A program made the position numbers and the translations under genes. From an uncultured virus (IMG/VR IMGVR_UViG_3300025138_000031) (Duplodnaviria > Heunggongvirae > Uroviricota > Caudoviricetes), in the IMG/VR virus record IMGVR_UViG_3300025138_000031: a DNA stretch of 64,000 nucleotides. The stretch is one strand, 5' to 3'. The notes under the pieces are model-generated. The model saw only the letters and a list, made by a program, of their open reading frames with translations. It was not told the origin of the DNA and did no database searches. Below are positions 29,201 through 37,415 of the stretch, in pieces (within the stretch, counting starts at the first letter, position 1; each line of letters begins with the position of its first letter).

Positions 29201-31777
29201 GGAACAAGAAAGTATTTTGGTGATGTAATAAGAGATGGTAAAAAATTAGAAGATGTATATCCAACATTGTTTGGACCCAATGCTAAACAAAAAAATAAAA
29301 CACCAGAAGAATATTTAAAAATAAGTAGAGAGTTTTATAAAGGTGGAGGATCAACAAGTTGGATGTGGAAAGGAAAATCATATTCAGGTACACTTATTCC
29401 TAGTATGGAAACTGAAAAGAATAGATATGCTAGAACTAAGAATGGTAAGATCAAAACATTACCTAAAGGACAAGATGGTAATAGAGAAGTATTTGAAGCA
29501 AAGGTAGATAACACTAGGGTAGCAACACCAAAGTTTAATATGTTGCCTGACTTAGGCTATATTAAAAATCCCATTGTAGAGCCCCAAATAAATAATCCAT
29601 TTGGTTCATATGCTGGTTTTGATCCGTCAGAGTTTGAGGTAGTTCAAGATAAAACTTATGTTGATACTACTACTTTTGATATATATGATAAAGAATACTT
29701 GAAAAAGTTACAAAGTGAAAATCCTACATTATCTATTGAAGAAATAGAACAAATATTATATGAAAGCAGGAGTGAACAAAATCAAGAATTATTAGAAGAA
29801 TATCAAGATCCAGTTTTAATTGCTGACTTTATAAAGAAATCTAATTATTATGCTGAAGGATGGCAAGATATGGAAGGTGCACCTGAAGAAGAAATAAAAG
29901 ATTTACAGAAAATTTTGTTAAGCAAAGGATATGATATTGGTATAACAGGTGTTGATGGAGATTATGGTAGCAGAACTTATGGTGCTCACAGAGCAATGGT
30001 GGATGATAGCAATCTTGATCCTACTTCTATAACTAGATATTATAAAAACTATAGTAAAGATACTTATGATGAAGTAAAAGGTATACAGAATTTGCTTGTT
30101 ACAAAAGGATATATGGATCCTATGTTAACTAATAAAAAAGGTTCTAGTATTGATGGTAAATTTGGTGATCAAACTAAAAATGCACTAGATGCATTTAATA
30201 CAGATAACTTTGAAGAAGATCCAAAAGCTACAGTATTTAATAATATTCCAAGTGCTTTGGATGAACCAAGATGTGCTGCTGGTATGTGTAATATATTAGA
30301 AGGTAATGGAGTTCTTACAGAAGCTATTGGTGTTAAGTATAAAGATGCTTGGGATTTATTTGAATCTATGGAAGGAGCAGATAATAGCACAAGTATATAC
30401 AATATATATGATAGTAATTTATTTGATAATGTAGATGAAGATACACCAATTGAATTACTTAAAAGCATTACTGGTAAAGTAAAAAAGAAATCACAAACAA
30501 AAGCAAGTGATTATAAGATAGGAGACATAGTAGGTTTGTATTGGCAGGGCTCTAGTCATCATGAAGAAACTTTAGGTTCTAAGACTCATAATACTCATAG
30601 TGGATTTGTATCTAATATAGTAGATGGTGTTCCAATTATAACTCATAATGTTAATGGTAAAGTAATACAACAACCATATAATGAATTATCTACAGCATGG
30701 ATTAGAAGACCAAATGAAGATGTAGAAGTAAGATCTAAATATGAAATAACTGATGAGATAAATAATATAAATAAAGATAATTTAGCTATTATAAATTTAG
30801 AAACAAAATATAACTCTAGGTTATCTGATGAACGTAAAGAAGTAGTTGCAAATATATTACAAAGAGCTACATATAATTCATCTAAAATACCAGAGATATT
30901 AAATTCTTCTGTTGATCAAGATTGGTTAAAAGCTGCTACATTTGGTATAACAGGTGTTGAGTCAGGTGTAGGATTTAATGCACCAAGAACTGTTGAACAA
31001 GCAAGAAGTGAAAATGCAGGTTTACAAGGTATAGCATATGATATTGCAGGTAAAGAAGATTCAGGTATTTCATTAGGTATTGGTAAAACTAAATTTGCTT
31101 CATTAGACAAATTTGCAAGACAGTATTTTGATATAAATAGCCCAGAAGATTTAGCAGATGATAATAAAGCTGTAGATGCAGTAAGTTATATACTAACTAA
31201 AAACTATGAATTATTTAAAGACTATGCTAAACAGTATCCATCTTTAGGTTTGACTGAACAAGATATAAGGAACATGGCTATATTGTCTTATAATCAAGGC
31301 TCTAATAGACTTATTGGTACTGGAAGGGTGGATGATGATAGAACACCAGAAGAAGAAATAGCAGCTCTTAGAGCTTTATATGAAGGAACTGCACCAGATA
31401 TAAGTTCAACAAAATATAGATTTGGTAATAAATTAGTACCTGGTTTAGGAGATGTTGTATATAATACTGCATTAGCAGTTGGATTAGAAGAACCAGGAGA
31501 ACAATATATATCTAAAGTAAACAGCTATATTGAAGATATATTTCCACAACAAATTGCTCTGTCTCAAGTTGATCCATTTGAGGTTACAACTATGGCACAA
31601 GGTGGTGAGTATGGAGTATTTAAAAATTATATAAAAGGAGATTATGATGGAACAAAAAGAGAAGTATATGCAAAAGGTTTATATGATAAACTAAATAGAA
31701 AGCATTATAGACAAGCAAAATTAGCTGGAATGTCTCCTGCTAATTATATAATGACTAACCTTGTAGACAATTCTTAA
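26288..31777 (+). CDS. Multidomain cargo protein: two ART-like, two lysozyme-like, two PG-binding and one papain-like amidase domain
   Basis: R..GNWFS..QSE; AES..SSASGLYG; LQ.IL..KGY..DG.YG..T twice; RCAAG..GDIV..THSG..THN; VES..SLG..SYNQG. Confidence 0.7.
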   Translation: MGNKKSIGLPGGPNEFLQDITQYISVDGYRNDSADKTNPVNLIPSGDISMKNVDFPILGTDNLGNSQMMFPENEYQFPGDMVMEIPQAQFGLSWDELTSPLRKNLADNLWPVGYHGSGRNSRRETERYGPVRKFTKALFGNPDDSINRSNNDIEKNQDWIRERKDLLQMAMGFDQKNNSVPLSKYRPTKSKDKDIQYYSSPYTEKIIMEQLAFAKELALKYPDENVPVTGDLDIGNNNMGDVLGQYTIDEGEDDRGKYISYYDKWDFQPFDDKSPLGIIAEYGQDALGIKTPEIYGRIYYDDIKKYGGGNLPEKQLGGLVKLIKQGIKQAPKYMDDITKNAYKYNPWAYNNIDSKLPEILQFNRENDSWLRQVGRPAIDDVKETGVVREINEVINPKLFDEKVKALQNQQTGINFSLDKRYPGPFFKKGETFFDMNKLSKNRKLDGLRNTRGRSGSAEYLIETGPSIGDDLFQPAYQQSMFRDFAEKGIGDIAIMKPFSREASNFNFYKKDWWDGYKRTPLDELQSGGGVLGAMYKLATDDNYKWTDALYDSSPLPGISNALDVVSIPGALVGEAGEYFTGRGDGEFNFSDAMPALKGDFSFENVNGTQIKDLAGLKDKDGNPLVDNAVGGFLLNMATDPSSYVGAGIVKSILKKGVTKSAPIIKNVITNSAKSTDDIIKTTADDMVEVFTSDGSKKLMKKTDAIRLNRIEDANVNNKTFTNYEDGNWFSDEVRPFYLNNAKNSLKGGILNPNDPKRVMSAYLDPKDAKLFNVSSEGTSVARNMSGGVGNPALQSEYVLPPALVKIMREGTSGPGFNTMIGNSETIMKNLDAFYKKLGGGVYQEGGSWRDIDVNIEGVKKAIAQAESLGGKLMKNKESSASGLYGQRFSELDKYNLYDGTRDEFIADKDAQERIFNMRLNEGLVSKKGDTITTPLLKDAYDLTIEYKDQLGDDWDYSYEDIINLSNFIGRGGTRKYFGDVIRDGKKLEDVYPTLFGPNAKQKNKTPEEYLKISREFYKGGGSTSWMWKGKSYSGTLIPSMETEKNRYARTKNGKIKTLPKGQDGNREVFEAKVDNTRVATPKFNMLPDLGYIKNPIVEPQINNPFGSYAGFDPSEFEVVQDKTYVDTTTFDIYDKEYLKKLQSENPTLSIEEIEQILYESRSEQNQELLEEYQDPVLIADFIKKSNYYAEGWQDMEGAPEEEIKDLQKILLSKGYDIGITGVDGDYGSRTYGAHRAMVDDSNLDPTSITRYYKNYSKDTYDEVKGIQNLLVTKGYMDPMLTNKKGSSIDGKFGDQTKNALDAFNTDNFEEDPKATVFNNIPSALDEPRCAAGMCNILEGNGVLTEAIGVKYKDAWDLFESMEGADNSTSIYNIYDSNLFDNVDEDTPIELLKSITGKVKKKSQTKASDYKIGDIVGLYWQGSSHHEETLGSKTHNTHSGFVSNIVDGVPIITHNVNGKVIQQPYNELSTAWIRRPNEDVEVRSKYEITDEINNINKDNLAIINLETKYNSRLSDERKEVVANILQRATYNSSKIPEILNSSVDQDWLKAATFGITGVESGVGFNAPRTVEQARSENAGLQGIAYDIAGKEDSGISLGIGKTKFASLDKFARQYFDINSPEDLADDNKAVDAVSYILTKNYELFKDYAKQYPSLGLTEQDIRNMAILSYNQGSNRLIGTGRVDDDRTPEEEIAALRALYEGTAPDISSTKYRFGNKLVPGLGDVVYNTALAVGLEEPGEQYISKVNSYIEDIFPQQIALSQVDPFEVTTMAQGGEYGVFKNYIKGDYDGTKREVYAKGLYDKLNRKHYRQAKLAGMSPANYIMTNLVDNS

Positions 31778-31810
31778 ACCATAAAGATTAGTGAATCTCC
31801 TTAATTATTT

Positions 31811-31818
31811 GTATATTA
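31811..31818 (+). promoter_or_regulatory. GTATATTA putative promoter motif
   Basis: TTTGTATATTAATAATATA ending just before the ATG at 31829. Confidence 0.5.
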
Positions 31819-31828
31819 ATAATATAAT

Positions 31829-34507
31829 ATGAGCAAAGTGAATTTAAACAAAATAAGTGTAAAACAACAAGGTGGACAAATGATTCCAGGGCAACCGGCT
31901 ATGCAAACAGGACAGGCTGTCCCATCTATGATGCAGCCTCAACAACAAGTTGATCCTGCTATACAACAAATTTCACAATTTTTTACTGAATCTATTGAAC
32001 AAGGTGCAAAACCTGAAGAAGTAGTAATGAATTTGATGCAACAAGAAGTTGATCAGGGTACTATTGCTCAAGCATTAATGACAGTTGGTTATGCAGAACA
32101 AGATATAACTGTACTATTTAAAAATGTACAAATGATGAGTCAACCAGGAAAAGCATCAGCTGAAGAAGTAAATGCAAATCCTCAAGAGTTAGCAAGAAAT
32201 CAAGAGTTAGCACAACAACAAGAAGGACCAGTAAGTGTAGACCCTATAGAAATGGCTAAGTCAGGAATTGAAATAGATCCTAAAAACAAAGGTAAGTTTA
32301 CTAGATGGGCTAAGGCACGTGGTATGAGTGTTAAGGAAGCATATAACAAGGTTATGGGCAATACTGATGCTTACCCACCATCTGTAGTTAAGATGGCTAA
32401 TTTTGCAAAGAATGCTGCTGGATGGAAAAAAGAAGAAGGTGGTGAAGAAGAAGTAACTGAAAAGGATGAGGTATCACTTACAGATGAACAAAAAGCACAA
32501 AATGAAATGATGCAAAAGTTTTTAGATGCTTCTAATGTTACACTAACAAATCAAAATAATGAAGTTATTGGTGGTAAGAATCCAAGCTCAAGTGATGAGG
32601 GAATTCTAAAAACTAAAAATTATTTTAATCCTAATGCATTCAAAACAGGAAACAATTTTAGTTTAGGTAAAGCTGCTAACGTATTAAATAATGCATATCA
32701 AGATATGTTTGCCGGTGATGAAGATGGAGATGGTTTAAAAGATGGATCATTCCGTGATTGGAAAAATAAAACTATTAATAACAAAATAAATAAAGAACTA
32801 GATGCAAACTATAAAGTAGAGTTAGATCTTTCTGATGAAAATAAAGCAGCTGCTCAAGCATGGAAGAAACAATATGATATTGAAAATCCTGCAGTAGATG
32901 AGTTAGGTAATGTAATAGAACAAGAAAAATTTAATGAAGATGGTTCTATAGATACTTCTATAGAGATAACTAACACTCCAGTACAACAAGTTACAGAAGA
33001 CTTTAGTAATTGGTTTGACAAAAACACAGATGGGTTAAGTGAAACAGCTAAAGCAACATATGATGCATTAAGAAAAAAACTATTAGGTGATAAAGATGCA
33101 GAAGTAACTGTTCAAGCTTATGGGTCAGAAATACCTAAAGCATTATTTGGTTTTGGAAAAAGAGCTAAGAAAGCTATGCAAGATCCTATGTCAGTTGCAA
33201 GAGTTGCAGCAGGAGACTTTTCTGCTATGCAAAATTTAATGATGGAAGGTGGACCTTTACCTAAAGCACAATTTAGTACACCAGATACTGGAGCTCCTTT
33301 TGCAGATCCAATGGATAGTGATGTTGCTGTTAATGATGATCCATTAACTTTTGAAGAATGGGTACAACAAGATCCTATTAGAAGAGGTACTGCTAATGCA
33401 CAACAAGAATATCAAGCTTATGTTGCTGGTTTCAATTCTGATGCTGCACCAGATGCAACTCCAGATGCTACTGAAGATGGGGGTACAGAAGAACCAAAAC
33501 AAAGAACAGCTGCAGATTTATTTACAGATATACAAGGACCTAAAGTAGAAAAAGATTATGGTGGTCTAGGAGGGTTTGTAGATAGAACAATAAATAGTAA
33601 TGTTGCAAGAGCGTTTGGTGATGTAAGTAATTTTGCAGTTGAAGCAGCTGATGTAGTAAATGACTGGTTTGAGGATAAAAATATTAAAGATGCAAAGGAT
33701 GATCTAAGAGCTAACCTTGTTGCTGACAATCTTTATGGAACTAAAACGGATGCCTTTAATAAAAGAGGGACATTTGATATTAACTCAGGACTTATGGGTA
33801 GTGAAGGAGATAGAACTACAGGTTTATATATGAGTAAACAAGGAGGGGGAGTAAACAATCCTGGTTTTAAAGCATTGCCACCAGAAGCACAACATAACAT
33901 ATTAAGTAATATGGCATATGGTGGGGCTAAAGGTGCAGAAGCATACTTAGAAAATAGAGATAGAGTTATTAAAAGAGAAATGGCTAAAGCACAAGACGGA
34001 GAGGAAACTGGTAAGAATCATCCTTATTATGAAGAGTACTTAGAAAAGTTTAAGCAAGAGGGGATCTCAAAAGAAAAAGATGCACTAAAGATTTTAATGG
34101 ATATGAATGTAACTCCAACAGATACTTTAATGATTAATAAAGGTTACAATAAAAACATGGCCAGAACTATGAATAATATGAATTTAGCTAATTTTGTTGC
34201 TAAAGATATTTATGATGATGGTACAGGTAATTTTAAAGGTGTTGTTAATCAGAAACTTAAAATGCCATACTTTACCACTGAACCAGATACAGATGGTAAA
34301 AGCTATGACTTTGCAAGAAGTTTTTATAAAGCTGATGATTTTGATGGGCTAAATAATATTGTAGAAGTACTTAAATCCAAACAACCTAACAATGATGCAA
34401 GCTTAATGAAACTGTTTGGTTTGCAACAAGGGGGAGAAACAGTTAATGTTGATTCAACAATGTTAGCAAAATTAATTGCAGCAGGAGCTGATATTGAAAT
34501 GTTATAA
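31829..34507 (+). CDS. Cargo/internal virion protein, acidic, modular
   Basis: Q/M-rich N-terminus, IEIDPKNKGKFT..ANFAKNA..W micro-domain, many xxGG motifs, no Cys. Confidence 0.6.
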   Translation: MSKVNLNKISVKQQGGQMIPGQPAMQTGQAVPSMMQPQQQVDPAIQQISQFFTESIEQGAKPEEVVMNLMQQEVDQGTIAQALMTVGYAEQDITVLFKNVQMMSQPGKASAEEVNANPQELARNQELAQQQEGPVSVDPIEMAKSGIEIDPKNKGKFTRWAKARGMSVKEAYNKVMGNTDAYPPSVVKMANFAKNAAGWKKEEGGEEEVTEKDEVSLTDEQKAQNEMMQKFLDASNVTLTNQNNEVIGGKNPSSSDEGILKTKNYFNPNAFKTGNNFSLGKAANVLNNAYQDMFAGDEDGDGLKDGSFRDWKNKTINNKINKELDANYKVELDLSDENKAAAQAWKKQYDIENPAVDELGNVIEQEKFNEDGSIDTSIEITNTPVQQVTEDFSNWFDKNTDGLSETAKATYDALRKKLLGDKDAEVTVQAYGSEIPKALFGFGKRAKKAMQDPMSVARVAAGDFSAMQNLMMEGGPLPKAQFSTPDTGAPFADPMDSDVAVNDDPLTFEEWVQQDPIRRGTANAQQEYQAYVAGFNSDAAPDATPDATEDGGTEEPKQRTAADLFTDIQGPKVEKDYGGLGGFVDRTINSNVARAFGDVSNFAVEAADVVNDWFEDKNIKDAKDDLRANLVADNLYGTKTDAFNKRGTFDINSGLMGSEGDRTTGLYMSKQGGGVNNPGFKALPPEAQHNILSNMAYGGAKGAEAYLENRDRVIKREMAKAQDGEETGKNHPYYEEYLEKFKQEGISKEKDALKILMDMNVTPTDTLMINKGYNKNMARTMNNMNLANFVAKDIYDDGTGNFKGVVNQKLKMPYFTTEPDTDGKSYDFARSFYKADDFDGLNNIVEVLKSKQPNNDASLMKLFGLQQGGETVNVDSTMLAKLIAAGADIEML

Positions 34508-34509
34508 CT

Positions 34510-37356
34510 ATGGCAAAAATTAAAATAAATAAATTACCAAAGGGTTTTGAATTAGTAGATGGTAAAGTTCAAGAAAGCAAAAGCATGCAAGAAGGTGGCA
34601 TGATAACTGGTGACCAAGCTGATTATGGATTGGTTACAACTCCACAAGCATATTATGGAAGTACTAATTTTAATAACACTAAAGATGAGAGTGTTAGATA
34701 TAGTCTTTCTAGTGTACCAAGAGATAATGCTAATGTAGAAGCAGAAGGTGGAGAAACTGTGTTAACAGACTTGAATGATGATGGTAACTTTGGACTTTAT
34801 GATATTACAGGACCTAGACACTCTAAAGGTGGTGTACCAATGTTTTTACCTGAGCAATCATTTATTTATTCTGACACACCAAAATTAAAGTTTGGGAAAG
34901 AAGAAATGGCTGAATTAGATATTGCAGGAGATAGAAAAACTCCTGCTAAATTATCTAAGAGATTTGGCTTAAATGATTACTATGGTGAATTAGATTCACA
35001 GTATGCTGATAACATATCTTCCTTAAGTGCAGAGTTAATGCTGAAAAAAAATATGAGTGATTTATCTAAGCTAGCTTTTATGCAAGAATCTAAGAAGAGT
35101 TTTTCTGATGGTGTTCCATTAGCTGCTCATCCTTACTTAGTTTCTATAGGAGAAGATCCTATAAAATTTACAGCACAAGTAGAACAGATTACAGAAGAAC
35201 AAGCAAAAAGAGAAGCTATAGCAGCATTGTCTCCTGAGCAACAACAACAAATTATGATGTTGCAACAGTTTATGGCTCAAGCACAAGAACAACAACAAGC
35301 ACCTCAACAACAACAAGCTCCAGCACAAGGATCATTTGAACAAATGCAATTGGCTGATGCTAATAGTGATTTAATGCTAGAAGCTAGATTTGGAGGTAAC
35401 TTAGATAGTTATCAAAAAGGAGGGCAGAAAGCATCTGACTTTGCTAAAGAGAAAGGTCAACAATGGCCTGAAGGTGCACAAGATCCTACATGGAATGGTA
35501 AGAAATGGGAGTTTGATGATGGCAGAACGTTGGGTATGATGGAAGCTTTAAGAATGGCAAACAAAGTTAACAACGGTGGAGATATTCCAGAAGAGTATAG
35601 AGTTGGATATGAGCCTACAGAAGTTAAAGAAACTGTAGAAGTTACTGATAAGATGGTTGAAAATGCTACTGTTACAACACAAGATGGAGGGGGTGATGAA
35701 GACCTTAAAGAAGAAGTAGAGGTTACTGATGGTAAATTATCTACAGCTAAAAATCCATTTAAAGAAGGTTCAGATAATTACAACAAACTAGAAGAATACA
35801 GAAAGAATGGATATGAATTATCTGTAGTTACTGTAGATGGTAAAAAACAAATTAGAGCATATAAACCATATGACTCAAAATTTAAAGATCAACCTAAAGT
35901 AGTTGTAGAAGATATTGAAGGAGTAGGCACAGGTGAAACATCTGTTATATCTGAAGAAAACCAAGCACAAGGTGAGGTGCTAGAAAACTCTCCTATTGGA
36001 TCATACAGACCTGGAATTTATTCAGGTGGTAATAGACCTATAAAACAAGGTACTATATATCAGAATCAAATTGTTGATGGTGTATATGATCCTAGTATTA
36101 AAGCTGATAAATCAACACCTATTTATTCATATGGTAGTTCTGAATTAAAATCAGAGAAGGGTGCTGCAGATTTTAATGCTAGATGGGGTGATGTTACTTC
36201 ACAGATAGAAGGTTTTGATTATAGCAAACCTGCAAATGATCCTCAATGGAAAGAGTTCCAGGTATTAGCAGAAGAAACTAGAAAGAAAGAAGCTGAACAA
36301 TTAGGTATACCTTATGTACCACATTTTAAGAAACCTGGAGATGAAGGTTATGTACAAGGAGAAGGATATGATGGAGCATTAGGATTTCATACTTTTAACA
36401 CTCCTAGATTAGATGTTGACTTTACATCACAGGATGAACAGTTTATGGATCTTCCTGAAAAACCAGATGAAAAACCAAAAGTAGATATTCAGGAAAAAGA
36501 TCCAGCAAAAGCAGAATGGTGGAAACAAGATGAGAATAACTTAAATACATTGATGGGTATTGAAGATGAACTCTTTTTACCTTTTGCACCTACTTTAGAA
36601 GAACAAAAAGTAGATTATGTACTAGATGATTATACAGGTAGAGTTAATGCTAACAATGCTGCATTAAATACTATGTCAGGTGCATTGAGTGCTTATGGCC
36701 CACAAGCTTTGGCAAGAAGTAATGTATTTGGAAAAACTTTAGATGCTAATGCTAAAGCTATCAATCAAGTAAATAGCAATAACGTTAAGACAATGAATCA
36801 AGTAGCTACACTTCAACCTCAATTAGATTTACAGGTAGATGTTAGAAATGCTGCTAAGGATACTAAGTTATATGATGATACTATAACAAGTCTTCAAAAT
36901 GCACAAAACTTTTCTAATTGGAAAACAGCTAAAGCAAATGAATTATATAACACAGGAATAACTAATGCAGCTAATACTGCTAATATGAATGATTTATATG
37001 ATTATTATGACATTAATCCACAAAGAGCTGGTAGAGTAGAGTGGGGTGAAGATGGTAAACAGTTATATAAAGATTCTCAACAACCACAAGCAGAGGCATT
37101 TAAAGATTGGTATACAGATATACAAGGGCAATTTCCTGATCAAGAACTTAATATGACTGATGCATTAAAGGTTTGGGGTCAAATAGGAGGTGGTAAAAAA
37201 CAAACACCAGATACTACATTAGGGCAACAAGAAGCATCATCTAATGGTTTACCTGGGTATCCATCTAGTAATGTACAGATAACACGTAAATCCAGAGATG
37301 GTAAGGAAATGAAAAAGTTTGCAGTGCCATTTTACAGTGGTAGAATGGGTGTATAA
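34510..37356 (+). CDS. Cargo/ejection protein
   Basis: ANVEAEGGETV..GPRHSKGGV..FIYSD motif as seen in crAss-like cargo proteins; Asn/Ala-rich coiled-coil C-terminus. Confidence 0.6.
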   Translation: MAKIKINKLPKGFELVDGKVQESKSMQEGGMITGDQADYGLVTTPQAYYGSTNFNNTKDESVRYSLSSVPRDNANVEAEGGETVLTDLNDDGNFGLYDITGPRHSKGGVPMFLPEQSFIYSDTPKLKFGKEEMAELDIAGDRKTPAKLSKRFGLNDYYGELDSQYADNISSLSAELMLKKNMSDLSKLAFMQESKKSFSDGVPLAAHPYLVSIGEDPIKFTAQVEQITEEQAKREAIAALSPEQQQQIMMLQQFMAQAQEQQQAPQQQQAPAQGSFEQMQLADANSDLMLEARFGGNLDSYQKGGQKASDFAKEKGQQWPEGAQDPTWNGKKWEFDDGRTLGMMEALRMANKVNNGGDIPEEYRVGYEPTEVKETVEVTDKMVENATVTTQDGGGDEDLKEEVEVTDGKLSTAKNPFKEGSDNYNKLEEYRKNGYELSVVTVDGKKQIRAYKPYDSKFKDQPKVVVEDIEGVGTGETSVISEENQAQGEVLENSPIGSYRPGIYSGGNRPIKQGTIYQNQIVDGVYDPSIKADKSTPIYSYGSSELKSEKGAADFNARWGDVTSQIEGFDYSKPANDPQWKEFQVLAEETRKKEAEQLGIPYVPHFKKPGDEGYVQGEGYDGALGFHTFNTPRLDVDFTSQDEQFMDLPEKPDEKPKVDIQEKDPAKAEWWKQDENNLNTLMGIEDELFLPFAPTLEEQKVDYVLDDYTGRVNANNAALNTMSGALSAYGPQALARSNVFGKTLDANAKAINQVNSNNVKTMNQVATLQPQLDLQVDVRNAAKDTKLYDDTITSLQNAQNFSNWKTAKANELYNTGITNAANTANMNDLYDYYDINPQRAGRVEWGEDGKQLYKDSQQPQAEAFKDWYTDIQGQFPDQELNMTDALKVWGQIGGGKKQTPDTTLGQQEASSNGLPGYPSSNVQITRKSRDGKEMKKFAVPFYSGRMGV

Positions 37357-37380
37357 ACTTAAAGAGTTTATTTATTACAT

Positions 37381-37411
37381 TTTGTAAACTTATTAAATTA
37401 TATTAATTTTG
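37381..37411 (+). promoter_or_regulatory. Bacteroidota sigma70-type promoter (predicted leaderless transcript)
   Basis: TTTG (37381-37384), 19-nt spacer, TAATTTTG (37404-37411); ATG follows at 37416. Confidence 0.65.
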
Positions 37412-37415
37412 AACT

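Noticed and set aside
17801..37371. TAAAGA recurring right after stop codons (17801, about 20096, 31782, 37360)
   Set aside because: Too short and AT-rich to distinguish from chance by eye
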